The translations under genes were made by a program, and so were the position numbers. From positions 62,001 to 126,000 of IMG/VR virus record IMGVR_UViG_3300020473_000011: DNA of 64,000 nt. One strand, 5' to 3'. The notes beneath the pieces are model-generated. The model was not told the DNA's origin, did no database searches, and saw only the letters and a program-made list of their open reading frames with translations. Positions 21,573 through 30,810 of this stretch are shown one piece after another (positions within the stretch are counted from its first letter, which is position 1; the number at the start of each line of letters is the position of its first letter).

Positions 21573-22022
21573 TTACGGCATGACGGCATACCAGACACAG
21601 AACATCGCCCCTTCCCCTATCAGCATGAGGATGGCCATAGGGAGCACAATACCGATGAGTGCCCCTGCCTTCGGGTCGCGGCCTGTATACCATGGCGCTT
21701 CGATGAGTCTCCATATCGGATGATTCATGAGGTTACTGTATCGGTAGAGGATGGCGAGTATTAACCCTGTGACGATGAATGAGGCACCCTGCGTGAACGG
21801 GACGAGCTGCCATAGGAGCACATGCAGTACAGCCAGTATGATTATATAGCCACCGAGACAGCCGTACAGCTTTTTAATAAGCTTACCGAGGCGGGTTCTT
21901 GGCTCGGGCAATCCGATTGGCTTCTTCTGCCTAGGCTCAGTCTGTTGGAATAGGCGTATTGTGTCGATCAGCTCTTCATGGCTCATGGCAGACTTCTTGT
22001 TATTACCATAGGGGTTAGTCAT
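21573..22022 (-). CDS. membrane protein, hypothetical
   Basis: three hydrophobic segments; overlaps upstream gene end. Confidence 0.7.
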   Translation of the reverse strand: MTNPYGNNKKSAMSHEELIDTIRLFQQTEPRQKKPIGLPEPRTRLGKLIKKLYGCLGGYIIILAVLHVLLWQLVPFTQGASFIVTGLILAILYRYSNLMNHPIWRLIEAPWYTGRDPKAGALIGIVLPMAILMLIGEGAMFCVWYAVMP

Positions 22023-22347
22023 GGTCGGGTTCCTCGTTATTCTTAAAGAGCGCATCAATCTCTTCGTTCAGGGCTTTCATCTTATCTGACGTAAAGTACT
22101 GCGCTAGGTCGTCGGTCTCGTTTATGTTGTTAGTATGCGCTACATGTGGGTTTGTCGGTGCAAGGTCTATACGAAGGTTCAAAGTTCGCAGGTACTTCTC
22201 TAGGTACTTAATACCACCCTCAAAGGTACCGTTCTCCATCTGGGAAATCTGGCGTCTACCAATACCAAGTATCTCGGCTACCTGCTCTTGGGTAAGCGAC
22301 TTCTTTTTACGGGCGGCGGCAAGTACGCTCCCATCATATAAGGGCAT
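22015..22347 (-). CDS. HipB-like XRE HTH protein
   Basis: ARKKKSLTQEQVAEILGIGRRQISQMENG...YLRTLNLRIDL; GAGGA RBS before ATG 22347. Confidence 0.75.
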   Translation of the reverse strand: MPLYDGSVLAAARKKKSLTQEQVAEILGIGRRQISQMENGTFEGGIKYLEKYLRTLNLRIDLAPTNPHVAHTNNINETDDLAQYFTSDKMKALNEEIDALFKNNEEPDHD

Positions 22348-22371
22348 GCTGAATCCTCGTCTATGCGCACT

Positions 22372-22447
22372 GTGCCTATATGGTAACAAACAGCTGTAAT
22401 GCGCCTATATAGTAAACTTTTAAGCGATTGTTACTATATGGTAGCAA
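22372..22447. promoter_or_regulatory. three CTATAT(G/A)GTA operator-like repeats at 29 bp spacing
   Basis: copies near 22372, 22401, 22430 upstream of HipB-like gene; last is a near palindrome. Confidence 0.6.
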
Positions 22448-22533
22448 TGCGCGTATCAAAGTGTCGGTGTACTGTCGTAGTATCAACGGGCGAAGAATAA
22501 CGGAAGGTGGGCAAGTTGTCTATGGGGGAAAAT

Positions 22534-22612
22534 AAAAACGACTGCAAGAAAACGACTGCACCCCTAGGATATTCGTAAATCTCAAAAAACGACTGCACAA
22601 AAGACGACTGCA
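22534..22612 (+). repeat. array 1 of AAAA(G)ACGACTGCA direct repeats (4 copies)
   Basis: copies end at 22546, 22560, 22597, 22612. Confidence 0.95.
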
Positions 22613-22630
22613 TGTTCTATGTGGGCAGTG

Positions 22631-22721
22631 CGTTGTACAATGATTGCGATGTAATGTGCGATGCCGCAGGGGGTTAGCTGTCGAGTAGGTCATTGACACG
22701 GCTATGGGTCGTTGCTAAAGT
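22631..22721 (+). promoter_or_regulatory. box A and sigma70-type promoter
   Basis: CGTTGTACAATGATT 22631-22645; TTGACA 22693-17-TAAAGT 22716. Confidence 0.7.
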
Positions 22722-22825
22722 GCCCGCCTGACTAATGCGCTGTGTAATGTACTAGGTGCTGTGCGTTAGTTATACCGAGACATAGATAACGTCAAAACGA
22801 CAATGAATAACATATAGGTTATTGT

Positions 22826-23554
22826 ATGAAACTTACGATTGCTAATGAGCTGCCGCCACTCCCAAATAGCGATAGACTCGTTCCGATGAAGCAAGCGCCC
22901 TCACGTCTAGTAAGAAGTAATGGCACGCTGGCTATAGTGAAAGACCCGTATCAGGATGAACACGGCGAACTACGTATGGATGTCCTGTGCTTACTCGAAC
23001 ATAAAATCAGTAAGGTGAAACTCAAAGGGAATGGCTGTGGTATCTGCTTCCAAAAAGGACGACTGCACTATCTCAAAGAGTTCGACAGTGTTGTGGCCTA
23101 TACGGAACCTACGCACTCTAAAGTGATTAATCTGGCTGAGGTAGAAGACGATGTCATGACCCTCTTGTCGGAGTTCTACACGGTTGGCGATGGCTTCGAC
23201 ATTGCGGGCATCACGTTACCAATCAGTGCTGACGAATCTGCTGACGATGCTCAGGCACTACATGACCTATTCACAGCCCCTAAACAGCCCCTAACGCTCA
23301 TTTACCACATCACCCCTCTGAAACGTACCAATAAACACAATAGAACGCTTGAGGTGCGATACAGCGTGGCTACCCGTTGCTACTCACTACGCTATCTGGT
23401 CTCTATGCAGGCTCCGACGGTACTCAGCCTTAAACTCGATGCTGACACGGCACCGAACGTTGTACGCAACTTTCTTATGATGGCGCTGGCACACTTTGAT
23501 GATGCACTCGACCAAGACCACGCTAACCCTGCGGGTACTGGGGACGCAGCATGA
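22826..23554 (+). CDS. hypothetical protein, paralog of 23750-24514
   Basis: shared SNG.LA..PY / DVL / VKL..N..G..F.K / HYL.EF blocks. Confidence 0.75.
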   Translation: MKLTIANELPPLPNSDRLVPMKQAPSRLVRSNGTLAIVKDPYQDEHGELRMDVLCLLEHKISKVKLKGNGCGICFQKGRLHYLKEFDSVVAYTEPTHSKVINLAEVEDDVMTLLSEFYTVGDGFDIAGITLPISADESADDAQALHDLFTAPKQPLTLIYHITPLKRTNKHNRTLEVRYSVATRCYSLRYLVSMQAPTVLSLKLDADTAPNVVRNFLMMALAHFDDALDQDHANPAGTGDAA

Positions 23555-23727
23555 AGACCTTGGAAAGCATGATTTACGATGCCGACGTAAAGCGTAGCCT
23601 GTGGGAAGACATCGCGAATGACCCACAAGCACTGGCAGATCGAGGCAAGACCCGTGAAGAAGCCCTGTACCAAATGAATTACTTTGAAGGTAGATTGGAC
23701 GCCCTGCGCGAGTTCCAGTCTCTTTAG
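23551..23727 (+). CDS. small hypothetical protein (58 aa, absent from ORF track)
   Basis: ATGA overlap with upstream stop; MKTLESMIYDADVKRSLWEDI...EFQSL. Confidence 0.65.
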   Translation: MKTLESMIYDADVKRSLWEDIANDPQALADRGKTREEALYQMNYFEGRLDALREFQSL

Positions 23728-23749
23728 AAAACGACTGCATAACGAGACG

Positions 23750-24514
23750 ATGATAATGATGAATGCAATAACACAAAGCCACTATATCGGCGTGGATATG
23801 GCCAATGGGCAAGACCAATCGGTAATGACACGCTTCCAACGATGTAAGAGTAATGGCAGCTTTGCACTGATAACAAAGCCCTACGAGAAGAAGCAGCACC
23901 CGAACCAACAAGGCGGGCTTGACCTGTATGTGGATGTACTCGACCACTACACGGGCAATATCAATAGCGTGAAACTGTACGAGAATAAGCGCGGCTTACA
24001 CTTTAAGAAGAGCGGCACACACTACCTTGATGACTTCACTAAAGATGCGGTCTATGTCCCGTACCAAACGAAAATCCTGTACGACGTGCAAACAGCGGTG
24101 GGTCACATCAATAGCATTGCAGTGGCGCTTGACTGCATCGTTGATACGTCACGTGTCACCATATCTGAGGTACCCCATGCGGATGAACTGTCTGTTGATG
24201 AGAGTGCGATGACACGGTTGGCCTTCTCAGGGGGTATGCCCCTCATGGCGTATCTTAAAAACACCCTTGTCCAACGCTACACCTTCGCGCTGACAGGCAC
24301 CAACAAAGACATCCGAATCAATATCGAGCTTTCGACAGGTGCACTGACGGCATACTCTGTGTCGACGAACCGATGGTACCAACTCGATGTCCTTGCGAAT
24401 GCCCCTGACTCAGCCCTACTGCCTGCATTGGTTCGCACTATCAATGACATTGATGAAGAGGCTATCCGTGATGATGTATTTTCGGTACACGGAGACAAAG
24501 CCTACATCGAGTAA
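23750..24514 (+). CDS. hypothetical protein, paralog of 22826-23554
   Basis: GAGAC leader; start may be 23750, 23756 or 23759. Confidence 0.75.
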   Translation: MIMMNAITQSHYIGVDMANGQDQSVMTRFQRCKSNGSFALITKPYEKKQHPNQQGGLDLYVDVLDHYTGNINSVKLYENKRGLHFKKSGTHYLDDFTKDAVYVPYQTKILYDVQTAVGHINSIAVALDCIVDTSRVTISEVPHADELSVDESAMTRLAFSGGMPLMAYLKNTLVQRYTFALTGTNKDIRINIELSTGALTAYSVSTNRWYQLDVLANAPDSALLPALVRTINDIDEEAIRDDVFSVHGDKAYIE

Positions 24515-24544
24515 AAGCTAGCCCCTTATTTGGCAGGTGGTGTG

Positions 24545-24784
24545 AAAAAGACGACTGCACTCAAAAGACGACTGCACCCCATCTGCCCTGTACCCCGCTC
24601 AAAAGACGACTGCATAACACGCTTCAATAAAACGACTGCATTACTGACACCTGTAACCCTGAAATAAAACGACTGCAAAAAGACGACTGCACTCATATTC
24701 TATAGGGGGTGGTGAAAAAGACGACTGCACTCAAAAGACGACTGCACCTGTAGACTGACCCCACCCCTCGAAAAGACGACTGCA
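24545..24784 (+). repeat. array 2 of AAAA(G)ACGACTGCA direct repeats (9 copies)
   Basis: copies end at 24559, 24576, 24614, 24640, 24677, 24691, 24729, 24746, 24784. Confidence 0.95.
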
Positions 24785-24792
24785 TATCTGCT

Positions 24793-24838
24793 AATCGTTG
24801 TACAAAGCTCTTGTGCCGCAGTGGTTTTCTGATACACT
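24793..24838 (+). promoter_or_regulatory. promoter: box A upstream, box B over -35
   Basis: AATCGTTGTACAA 24793; TTGTGCCGCAG 24811; TACACT 24833. Confidence 0.7.
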
Positions 24839-24886
24839 GGCGTCAACTAACCGACTAACACTAAACGATAATAGGAGCTGAGACCG

Positions 24887-25450
24887 ATGACAGCCATTAA
24901 CTATTCTGCGGGCTGCTTTGTTCGCGCCATCAAAAGCGGTGACCTCGATGCAGCCGCCCAGCAATCAAACGCTCAGTGCAGTATGACCAGTGGCCTTGCC
25001 CCAGTGCTTGCTGCTGAATACCCGCAAATCAAAGAGGCTGACGAAAAGTACAGTGCAGTCTTTAGCCCTGAGAAGAAAATGGGCACCTTCTCGCGCTGCC
25101 TGATGTGGGTCAACCAGAACCGCCCTGTCACCTTCTTTAACCTGTATGGCCAGCTAGACCGCAGCTCCAAACGAACGGCTGATGATGTTATCCGTGATTA
25201 TGCCTACCTTGAGCAGGCACTCGATACGATGGCAACTGACCTGCTTGATAACTTGAATGGGCGCTTGCACGTAGGCTTCCCGTTAATTGGCTGCGGCCGT
25301 GCTGGTGGTGATTGGGCTATCGTATCGCGTATGATTGAAACGGCCGTGTGTGCCAAAGGCATTAAGGTCACCGTGTTCGTGCCTGATGAAAAGTCCCAGC
25401 AAAAAGTGCGCGCTATCTATCCCTACGTCCACTTTGCTCAAGACGAATAG
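24887..25450 (+). CDS. macrodomain protein (Appr-1-p processing / ADP-ribose hydrolase-like)
   Basis: N...M.SGLA, NLYGQ, FPLIGCGRAGGDW motifs of phage macrodomains. Confidence 0.85.
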   Translation: MTAINYSAGCFVRAIKSGDLDAAAQQSNAQCSMTSGLAPVLAAEYPQIKEADEKYSAVFSPEKKMGTFSRCLMWVNQNRPVTFFNLYGQLDRSSKRTADDVIRDYAYLEQALDTMATDLLDNLNGRLHVGFPLIGCGRAGGDWAIVSRMIETAVCAKGIKVTVFVPDEKSQQKVRAIYPYVHFAQDE

Positions 25451-25501
25451 ACAAACGAAAGGTAAAAAACAAAGCTAAGTAATAATGAGGGTACGGGGGT
25501 C

Positions 25502-25635
25502 AAAAAGACGACTGCATCCAAAAGACGACTGCATGTTTTGGTTTAATGGCCAAGACAAAAGACACACTAAAGGGAGTATAGGCTCCCTTTCACACCCTCA
25601 CCTAGAAAAACGACTGCACTCGTTGTACAATGATT
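25502..25635 (+). repeat. array 3 of AAAA(G)ACGACTGCA (3 copies) followed by box A
   Basis: copies end at 25516, 25533, 25618; CGTTGTACAATGATT 25621-25635; GGGAG-stem hairpin 25569-25590. Confidence 0.9.
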
Positions 25636-25663
25636 TCTTTTACTACTAATCGAGACACTGACC

Positions 25664-26308
25664 ATGAGCAGAGCAACCCAAATCCTTGAGCGCGTATCTA
25701 TTATCTCTTACGACTTTGACATCAACAAAGTACTGGATGATGACGGCCGCCCACTTCCAAAAAAATTACTACGTGACATGGAGCGCGCTGATAAAGTTGA
25801 GCTTCGTAACCATGGCCAAGAGCTAACGGGTTACCGTGGCAACCGTATCGTATTTACGGCAGCGGGCTATGTTGAAGATGAAGGCTTAGACAAGGGTCAC
25901 TTCCTGATGGATAGCTACTTCTCAAAAGAGTTCGCGCTAAGCCAAACAATGACCGACGGCAAGCTTGTAGCAAACACCATCAATGGTGATAAGTTCAACG
26001 AAGCGTACGACGAAGAGCTTAAACACAAAGCGCTTAAATTTAAGCTGGTAACTGACACCGAAGCCAGTATCTCTGAGCTACTGACTAAGAAGCAGCTTGA
26101 CGCTGTCGTTACCGCGCATGACCTGTTCGATGGCAATAAGCGCGAAGTGTACGTGAATAGCTACGACAAGGAGACGCGTATTGGCTTCTCTGTGGCAATG
26201 AATGCGAGCTTACGTCTATCAGGTGATGACATCAAGAAACTTGATAAGTGTGGCTTTAAGTCAATCATCAAAGATAATGCAGGTGTGTCAGTTTACTTTG
26301 ACGCATAA
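25664..26308 (+). CDS. hypothetical protein (214 aa)
   Basis: GAGAC leader; N-terminus MSRATQILE. Confidence 0.8.
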   Translation: MSRATQILERVSIISYDFDINKVLDDDGRPLPKKLLRDMERADKVELRNHGQELTGYRGNRIVFTAAGYVEDEGLDKGHFLMDSYFSKEFALSQTMTDGKLVANTINGDKFNEAYDEELKHKALKFKLVTDTEASISELLTKKQLDAVVTAHDLFDGNKREVYVNSYDKETRIGFSVAMNASLRLSGDDIKKLDKCGFKSIIKDNAGVSVYFDA

Positions 26309-26328
26309 GCCTAACGGCCGTGCATAAG

Positions 26329-26354
26329 AAAGGGAGCCTTGCGCTCCCTTTTTT
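26329..26354. terminator. bidirectional terminator (GGGAG stem family)
   Basis: AAAGGGAGC-CTTGC-GCTCCCTTTTTT. Confidence 0.85.
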
Positions 26355-26355
26355 G

Positions 26356-26475
26356 TTAACTACCTAGTTTGGTCAGCTCACCTAACCCCATGATGATCAC
26401 CGAGCTTGCCAGTAAGCCAATCGCTGCACCGAGCAGCACCAAGAATACGTTGTTATGCTTGGGTGATTTTGCCAT
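26356..26475 (-). CDS. small membrane peptide (39 aa, absent from ORF track)
   Basis: MAKSPKHNNVFLVLLGAAIGLLASSVIIMGLG; single TM, fills gap before terminator. Confidence 0.45.
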   Translation of the reverse strand: MAKSPKHNNVFLVLLGAAIGLLASSVIIMGLGELTKLGS

Positions 26476-26728
26476 CTTTCAACTCACTTGGGTCTACAAA
26501 AACAAGCATCGGGACAAGCTTTAACTCATCTGTACATTCCATAAGGTGACGGACATCACCACCCCCGCCAATCTGCTCGGCATCTATGTTGATGGTGACT
26601 GCGTACTCGTTGGCACGGCGCTTGTGTTCTAGCTTCGTTGTGTGTCTTGCTAGAGGCTGGCAATAGACGCCAGCCAGTTGATTTAGCTGACGCATTAGCG
26701 CGTCGGTCTTTACTGCATTGTTACTCAT
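26453..26728 (-). CDS. hypothetical protein
   Basis: tightly packed operon ORF. Confidence 0.65.
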   Translation of the reverse strand: MSNNAVKTDALMRQLNQLAGVYCQPLARHTTKLEHKRRANEYAVTINIDAEQIGGGGDVRHLMECTDELKLVPMLVFVDPSELKDGKITQA

Positions 26729-26729
26729 T

Positions 26730-27032
26730 TTACTGTTCTTCCACTACTTCATTTTCGGCCAGTGCGTCGGCCACACGTTGTTCAAAAGGACTGCCCATGT
26801 AATCAATATTTGTCTGGCTAAAGGCATCGAACTCGCTTAGGAGCTGCTTATACTTTTCACCTTCGAGCTGTGCCTGTGCAAGGTCTCGGATCACGTTCGA
26901 TAACGCAAGGCCAAACAGACCTGCACTGATGTCACACCCGTCACCTTGCTCGTCACTGTCTACCGCCTCCGAAATGGTGCGGCACAGTTCAAGGGTTCGT
27001 TTTCTGTGCTCGGCTGTCATTTGGTTAACCAC
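26730..27032 (-). CDS. hypothetical protein (start may be 27020)
   Basis: tightly packed operon ORF. Confidence 0.65.
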   Translation of the reverse strand: MVNQMTAEHRKRTLELCRTISEAVDSDEQGDGCDISAGLFGLALSNVIRDLAQAQLEGEKYKQLLSEFDAFSQTNIDYMGSPFEQRVADALAENEVVEEQ

Positions 27033-27208
27033 GCTTGTACTTTAGCCTCGTCGGGTAGCACGTTGTTGAGGAAGTCTGCGCGCTTTTCCTTAACGGCCTG
27101 CTCACATGCAGCACCACATACAAAGTCACCGTCTTCACTGATAACACGCGCACTGAGTGAGACGTCGGGGTCTGCATTCTGTGTGCAGCCACTGTTAAAA
27201 CATCGCAT
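27017..27208 (-). CDS. small Cys-rich hypothetical protein
   Basis: C...C and C...C pairs; TAATG coupling. Confidence 0.65.
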   Translation of the reverse strand: MRCFNSGCTQNADPDVSLSARVISEDGDFVCGAACEQAVKEKRADFLNNVLPDEAKVQAWLTK

Positions 27209-27747
27209 TAGTGTACCGACTCCGTTGATGGGCTAAGGTTGACCGTCACACCCTCTACAAGGGGTTTAACTTCTAGGCCAATGGCGAGAAGCAGACGGCG
27301 GTTCATTTCGAACTCAGCAAGGAACTGCGTAGCGCGCTTGTCGGTGGCCACGAACATGTGCACGGGCTTCCCTGAATCGGCAACAAGACTGTCCCATGCT
27401 TCTTTAATCATCGTGTAGCCTTGGTCTGCGTAGTCCTGCGTCAGTTTAGAATTGGAGATAGCTGTGTCCATATCAATATCGAGCGACAACCAGTTCGTAC
27501 ACTCTGGGTATGCCTTATGATGGTCTTGCACGGCGTCGTAGTCATCTTCTAGGTCAGTCAGTTGACCACCCTCGCGAAGCATCTTGGCTGCCTTGGCAAG
27601 TAGGGTGAATACGGCCTCATCTTCTAGACCCTCTTTCGTTGGCCACGTTGCCGTGCAGGGTTCATTGATGCGGTCAAAGACAGGTACCACGAAGGTGTAG
27701 TCCGTCTCGCCCTGTGCGGGTGGTTTAATGCCTATATGAAATAGCAT
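27208..27747 (-). CDS. HicB-like antitoxin N-terminal domain protein
   Basis: MLFHIGIKPP...Y.FVVPVF...C...EA...M..EG...W.SLDID resembles gammaproteobacterial HicB N-domain (recalled pattern). Confidence 0.55.
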   Translation of the reverse strand: MLFHIGIKPPAQGETDYTFVVPVFDRINEPCTATWPTKEGLEDEAVFTLLAKAAKMLREGGQLTDLEDDYDAVQDHHKAYPECTNWLSLDIDMDTAISNSKLTQDYADQGYTMIKEAWDSLVADSGKPVHMFVATDKRATQFLAEFEMNRRLLLAIGLEVKPLVEGVTVNLSPSTESVH

Positions 27748-27790
27748 GGTTATTTCCTTTATCGGTTAGTTAATTAAGGCACCAGCCTGC

Positions 27791-29359
27791 CTAATGGCAA
27801 ACTGGTGTTTTAGCAAGCTCAACGCCCTGTACCGCATGGGATGCCAGCGCAGCCCCCGCCTCAGAGAGCGTCAGGTATGTCTTATCGGCACCTGCGGCCT
27901 CGATACCTTCAACATAGTCACTGTGCATCGCGTTGGCAACAATAAGCCCATCATAGCCACCTTCACGCAGTTTACGTGCTGAGATCATACACGCTTCATG
28001 ACAATCCATGGCTAAGATACAGACATCAAGGTTTGACGTGTCGAGGTCTGCCCATACATTACCGTGCTCAGCATCCCCGTAAACAGCATTAAAGCCAAGG
28101 TTATCGACAAGCTCTTGGACTTTGTCAGGGTTCGAGTCGATACCGATAACAGCGACACCCGTTGCGGCAGTCGAACGGTAAGCAGCACGGCCAACTTTAC
28201 CCAGACCCATGACCAGCACTTTTGCATCACCCAGTGAGATTGGCTCTTCGTCAGGGTGACGGACATCGCGCTGGTACTTATTCAATCGGCGCTCGAATTT
28301 ATCGAACAGTGGGTGTGCGAAACGGTTAAGCGGCGCTGACACTAAGAATGATAAGGCCACGGCCAATGCCAGTGTTACGCTATAGTCAGGCATCACGGTT
28401 GCTGCTGCAATTAAGCCGAACTCAGAGTAGTTCGTCAAGGTTACCCCTGTTAAGAATGCAGTACGTGATGTCAGTTTAAAGGCCACCAGTAAGCCAAAGA
28501 ATAAGGCCGCCTTAATCGGCAGTAGTACCGCCATCGTTAACGCAAAGACCCAGTCATTCGCCGTCGGTAAGCCCTTCATGCCGATGGTTAGGAAGAAGGC
28601 AATCAGGAACATTTCTTTTAAGCCCCACATCTTACCGCCTAGCTCACCTGCCTTCGGGTGGGATGCTGCAAGGACACCCATAATAAGGGCACCCAGTTCA
28701 CCATGACCAATCCCCACCGAGTAGAAGCCGTAGCCACCTACCACAAGCGCAAGGAATAAGCCTGCCAGTAGTAACATTTCATCGTGACCACTGACGTCTA
28801 GGATCTTATTAACCACAGGACGGGCAAAGAATAGCAGTAGTAGCGCAGCTGACCACACCGACGGGATTTCACCACCAGCGACCAACATGAACGTAATAGC
28901 AATCAGGTCTTGTACAATAAGTATGCCGATGGCGAGCTGACCATGAATAGCCTTTAACTCTGACTTACTGCCGAGCACCTGTGCTGCCAGTACGGTTGAC
29001 GAGAAGGTCAGCGCTATCGACAACATAAAGGCAGTATGCCACGCAATGTCGAACCCAAAGTGGATGACAGGGGCTGCCACCAGCGCAGAGATACCAAAGT
29101 GTAAAATACTGGTACCCGCCACATCGGCCTTTAAAACTTTCTTAGGCTTGAGCTTTAGACCCACCGTAAAAAGCAAAAGAAGTACCCCGACGTGGGCAAG
29201 TTGGTCAAGGGTTTCCTTGCCGTTATCTTTAAGCCCAAGGTGGTCAGTCAGAATGAAGACCGCAAAGCCTGCGGCAAGATAACCAATCAGGCTGGGTAAG
29301 CCGACACGTGTAGCCAGTAGACCCAGTACAAAGGCCATACTGATCCAGATAAGTTCCAT
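27791..29359 (-). CDS. Kef-type cation:proton antiporter (CPA2) with TrkA-N/RCK domain
   Basis: GLPSLIGYL, GVLLLLFTVGL, FSST, LIVQD, SEFG; C-terminal GLGKVG and YGDA; GGAGG RBS. Confidence 0.92.
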   Translation of the reverse strand: MELIWISMAFVLGLLATRVGLPSLIGYLAAGFAVFILTDHLGLKDNGKETLDQLAHVGVLLLLFTVGLKLKPKKVLKADVAGTSILHFGISALVAAPVIHFGFDIAWHTAFMLSIALTFSSTVLAAQVLGSKSELKAIHGQLAIGILIVQDLIAITFMLVAGGEIPSVWSAALLLLFFARPVVNKILDVSGHDEMLLLAGLFLALVVGGYGFYSVGIGHGELGALIMGVLAASHPKAGELGGKMWGLKEMFLIAFFLTIGMKGLPTANDWVFALTMAVLLPIKAALFFGLLVAFKLTSRTAFLTGVTLTNYSEFGLIAAATVMPDYSVTLALAVALSFLVSAPLNRFAHPLFDKFERRLNKYQRDVRHPDEEPISLGDAKVLVMGLGKVGRAAYRSTAATGVAVIGIDSNPDKVQELVDNLGFNAVYGDAEHGNVWADLDTSNLDVCILAMDCHEACMISARKLREGGYDGLIVANAMHSDYVEGIEAAGADKTYLTLSEAGAALASHAVQGVELAKTPVCH

Positions 29360-29399
29360 AAAGGGCACCTCCAATAATCAATAGTCTGTGGGAAGCGCC

Positions 29400-29630
29400 C
29401 TAGGTGGCACGCTTCGTCTTGAGAAAGGCGTCGTAATCCTCATTCAAATCACGCCAAAGCTGTGTCGGTGGGTAGTAGCCCTGTCCCGTTTCGCTTTGGA
29501 GTTGGCTGACCTTTGTACAAATGCCCTCACGTACATGTTTCATGTAATGCGCGTTCTTACCGAGGCCATTAGATGAACATGTTTGACCGCAGTAGGCGCA
29601 GACGTGTTTTGGATAGGTACTCTGTGACAT
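29400..29630 (-). CDS. small C2H2 zinc-finger-like protein
   Basis: CAYC-x12-HYMKH. Confidence 0.6.
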   Translation of the reverse strand: MSQSTYPKHVCAYCGQTCSSNGLGKNAHYMKHVREGICTKVSQLQSETGQGYYPPTQLWRDLNEDYDAFLKTKRAT

Positions 29631-29648
29631 GGTTGGCCACCTCTCTTG

Positions 29649-29927
29649 TTAGTGTGTATGCGGGTGCTTTCGGCGTCCACGCGTGAATGGGCGTGTAACG
29701 TAAGCTAACCCACGTTTAGGGTGATAGGCGAGCGCTTGTACTGTCCCGTCCGTTAAGGTCACTAGGGTCTCTCCACGGGCGGATAACACGGTGTTATCTT
29801 TACGCAGGGTACACCCATGCTTTCGCAGGAGCCTGATGGCGTGACCACGACCCAGTTTATCGGTCATGTGCCATTGGCGATTAATGACAAAGTTCTTGTC
29901 CAGTACAGTTCGTTTAAGAGTACGCAT
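29649..29927 (-). CDS. basic hypothetical protein
   Basis: GAGAC leader. Confidence 0.65.
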   Translation of the reverse strand: MRTLKRTVLDKNFVINRQWHMTDKLGRGHAIRLLRKHGCTLRKDNTVLSARGETLVTLTDGTVQALAYHPKRGLAYVTRPFTRGRRKHPHTH

Positions 29928-30020
29928 AGTCAGTGTCTCAGTTGCTTTAATACGTGACGCTCTACCTACCGTTTAAAGCGCCGCCAGTATACCGAAAGTG
30001 GTTCATTTTACAAATGAAAG

Positions 30021-30518
30021 TCACTCTGTTGCAGTGGCTGGTGGTACGGCTGCAAAGTGCTGGTACGTGCCACTGACGACATCACCGACACTCTCGTCAT
30101 AGATGCGCAGTTCACCGTGGCAATGGTTGCAGACTTGTGCCATTGAATACTCGCGGGCAAGCACCTTGGTGTTCGGGTCTTCCGCACAGCCGTCGTAAAC
30201 CACCTTGTTGTTTTCTTCAATGAAGGTTGGTTGAATGTCGTCACACCCCTTCACGTGACACATGTAGAGCTGGTTTTGTTTTAGCTCAGGTAGCTTGTAG
30301 AAACCAGTGAACGTGCTGATACCGACGTCGTACTGAGGCTTAGGGGTTGTCTCGACAGCCACAAGGCTATTAACAAGCTGAGTGATGCAGCTGTTAGCAC
30401 TGTGGGTCTGCGCGTCAAGATTCGCAATTGTGATCTGTTCACGCAGTGACTGGCCATTCGAGAACAGGGCAAGTACGCTGCGCAGGTTTTCTTTATTAAC
30501 TAAAACCATGTCTTTCAT
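30021..30518 (-). CDS. hypothetical protein with Cys motifs
   Basis: CHVKGC, CNHC. Confidence 0.7.
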   Translation of the reverse strand: MKDMVLVNKENLRSVLALFSNGQSLREQITIANLDAQTHSANSCITQLVNSLVAVETTPKPQYDVGISTFTGFYKLPELKQNQLYMCHVKGCDDIQPTFIEENNKVVYDGCAEDPNTKVLAREYSMAQVCNHCHGELRIYDESVGDVVSGTYQHFAAVPPATATE

Positions 30519-30554
30519 TCTGGGTCTTCCGTTGGTTTATGTGTAATGGGTGCT

Positions 30555-30809
30555 CTACGCGTCTTTAAGCATAGGGCTGTTATTTGATTCGGTGTTTAGC
30601 CAGACATCGAAGTCGCGAGAGGACTTCTCAGGGTTGGCCGCCAGCCATTCATGCTTGAGGCTGGCGCGGATCTCTTTCTTACGTTTACTAAGGGCTATCT
30701 GTACGTCTTCGGGTGTATGACCATAGTGTGAATTGGCATACATTAAACGGGTGTCGTCAAGCAGTGCCTGTAGCTCGTGCTCAATGGCACGGTTAGTTAC
30801 GACAGGCAT
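30555..30809 (-). CDS. hypothetical protein
   Basis: operon ORF. Confidence 0.7.
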   Translation of the reverse strand: MPVVTNRAIEHELQALLDDTRLMYANSHYGHTPEDVQIALSKRKKEIRASLKHEWLAANPEKSSRDFDVWLNTESNNSPMLKDA

Positions 30810-30810
30810 G

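Noticed and set aside
21186-21764. Several short ORFs in the repeat/terminator gap
   Set aside because: Cross terminator hairpins and repeats, have no clear RBS, and have atypical composition
24545-24784. CRISPR array interpretation of the ACGACTGCA repeats
   Set aside because: Repeat only 12-15 bp, non-palindromic, intervals irregular (0-25 bp), no cas genes recognised, and the same word occurs singly at promoters
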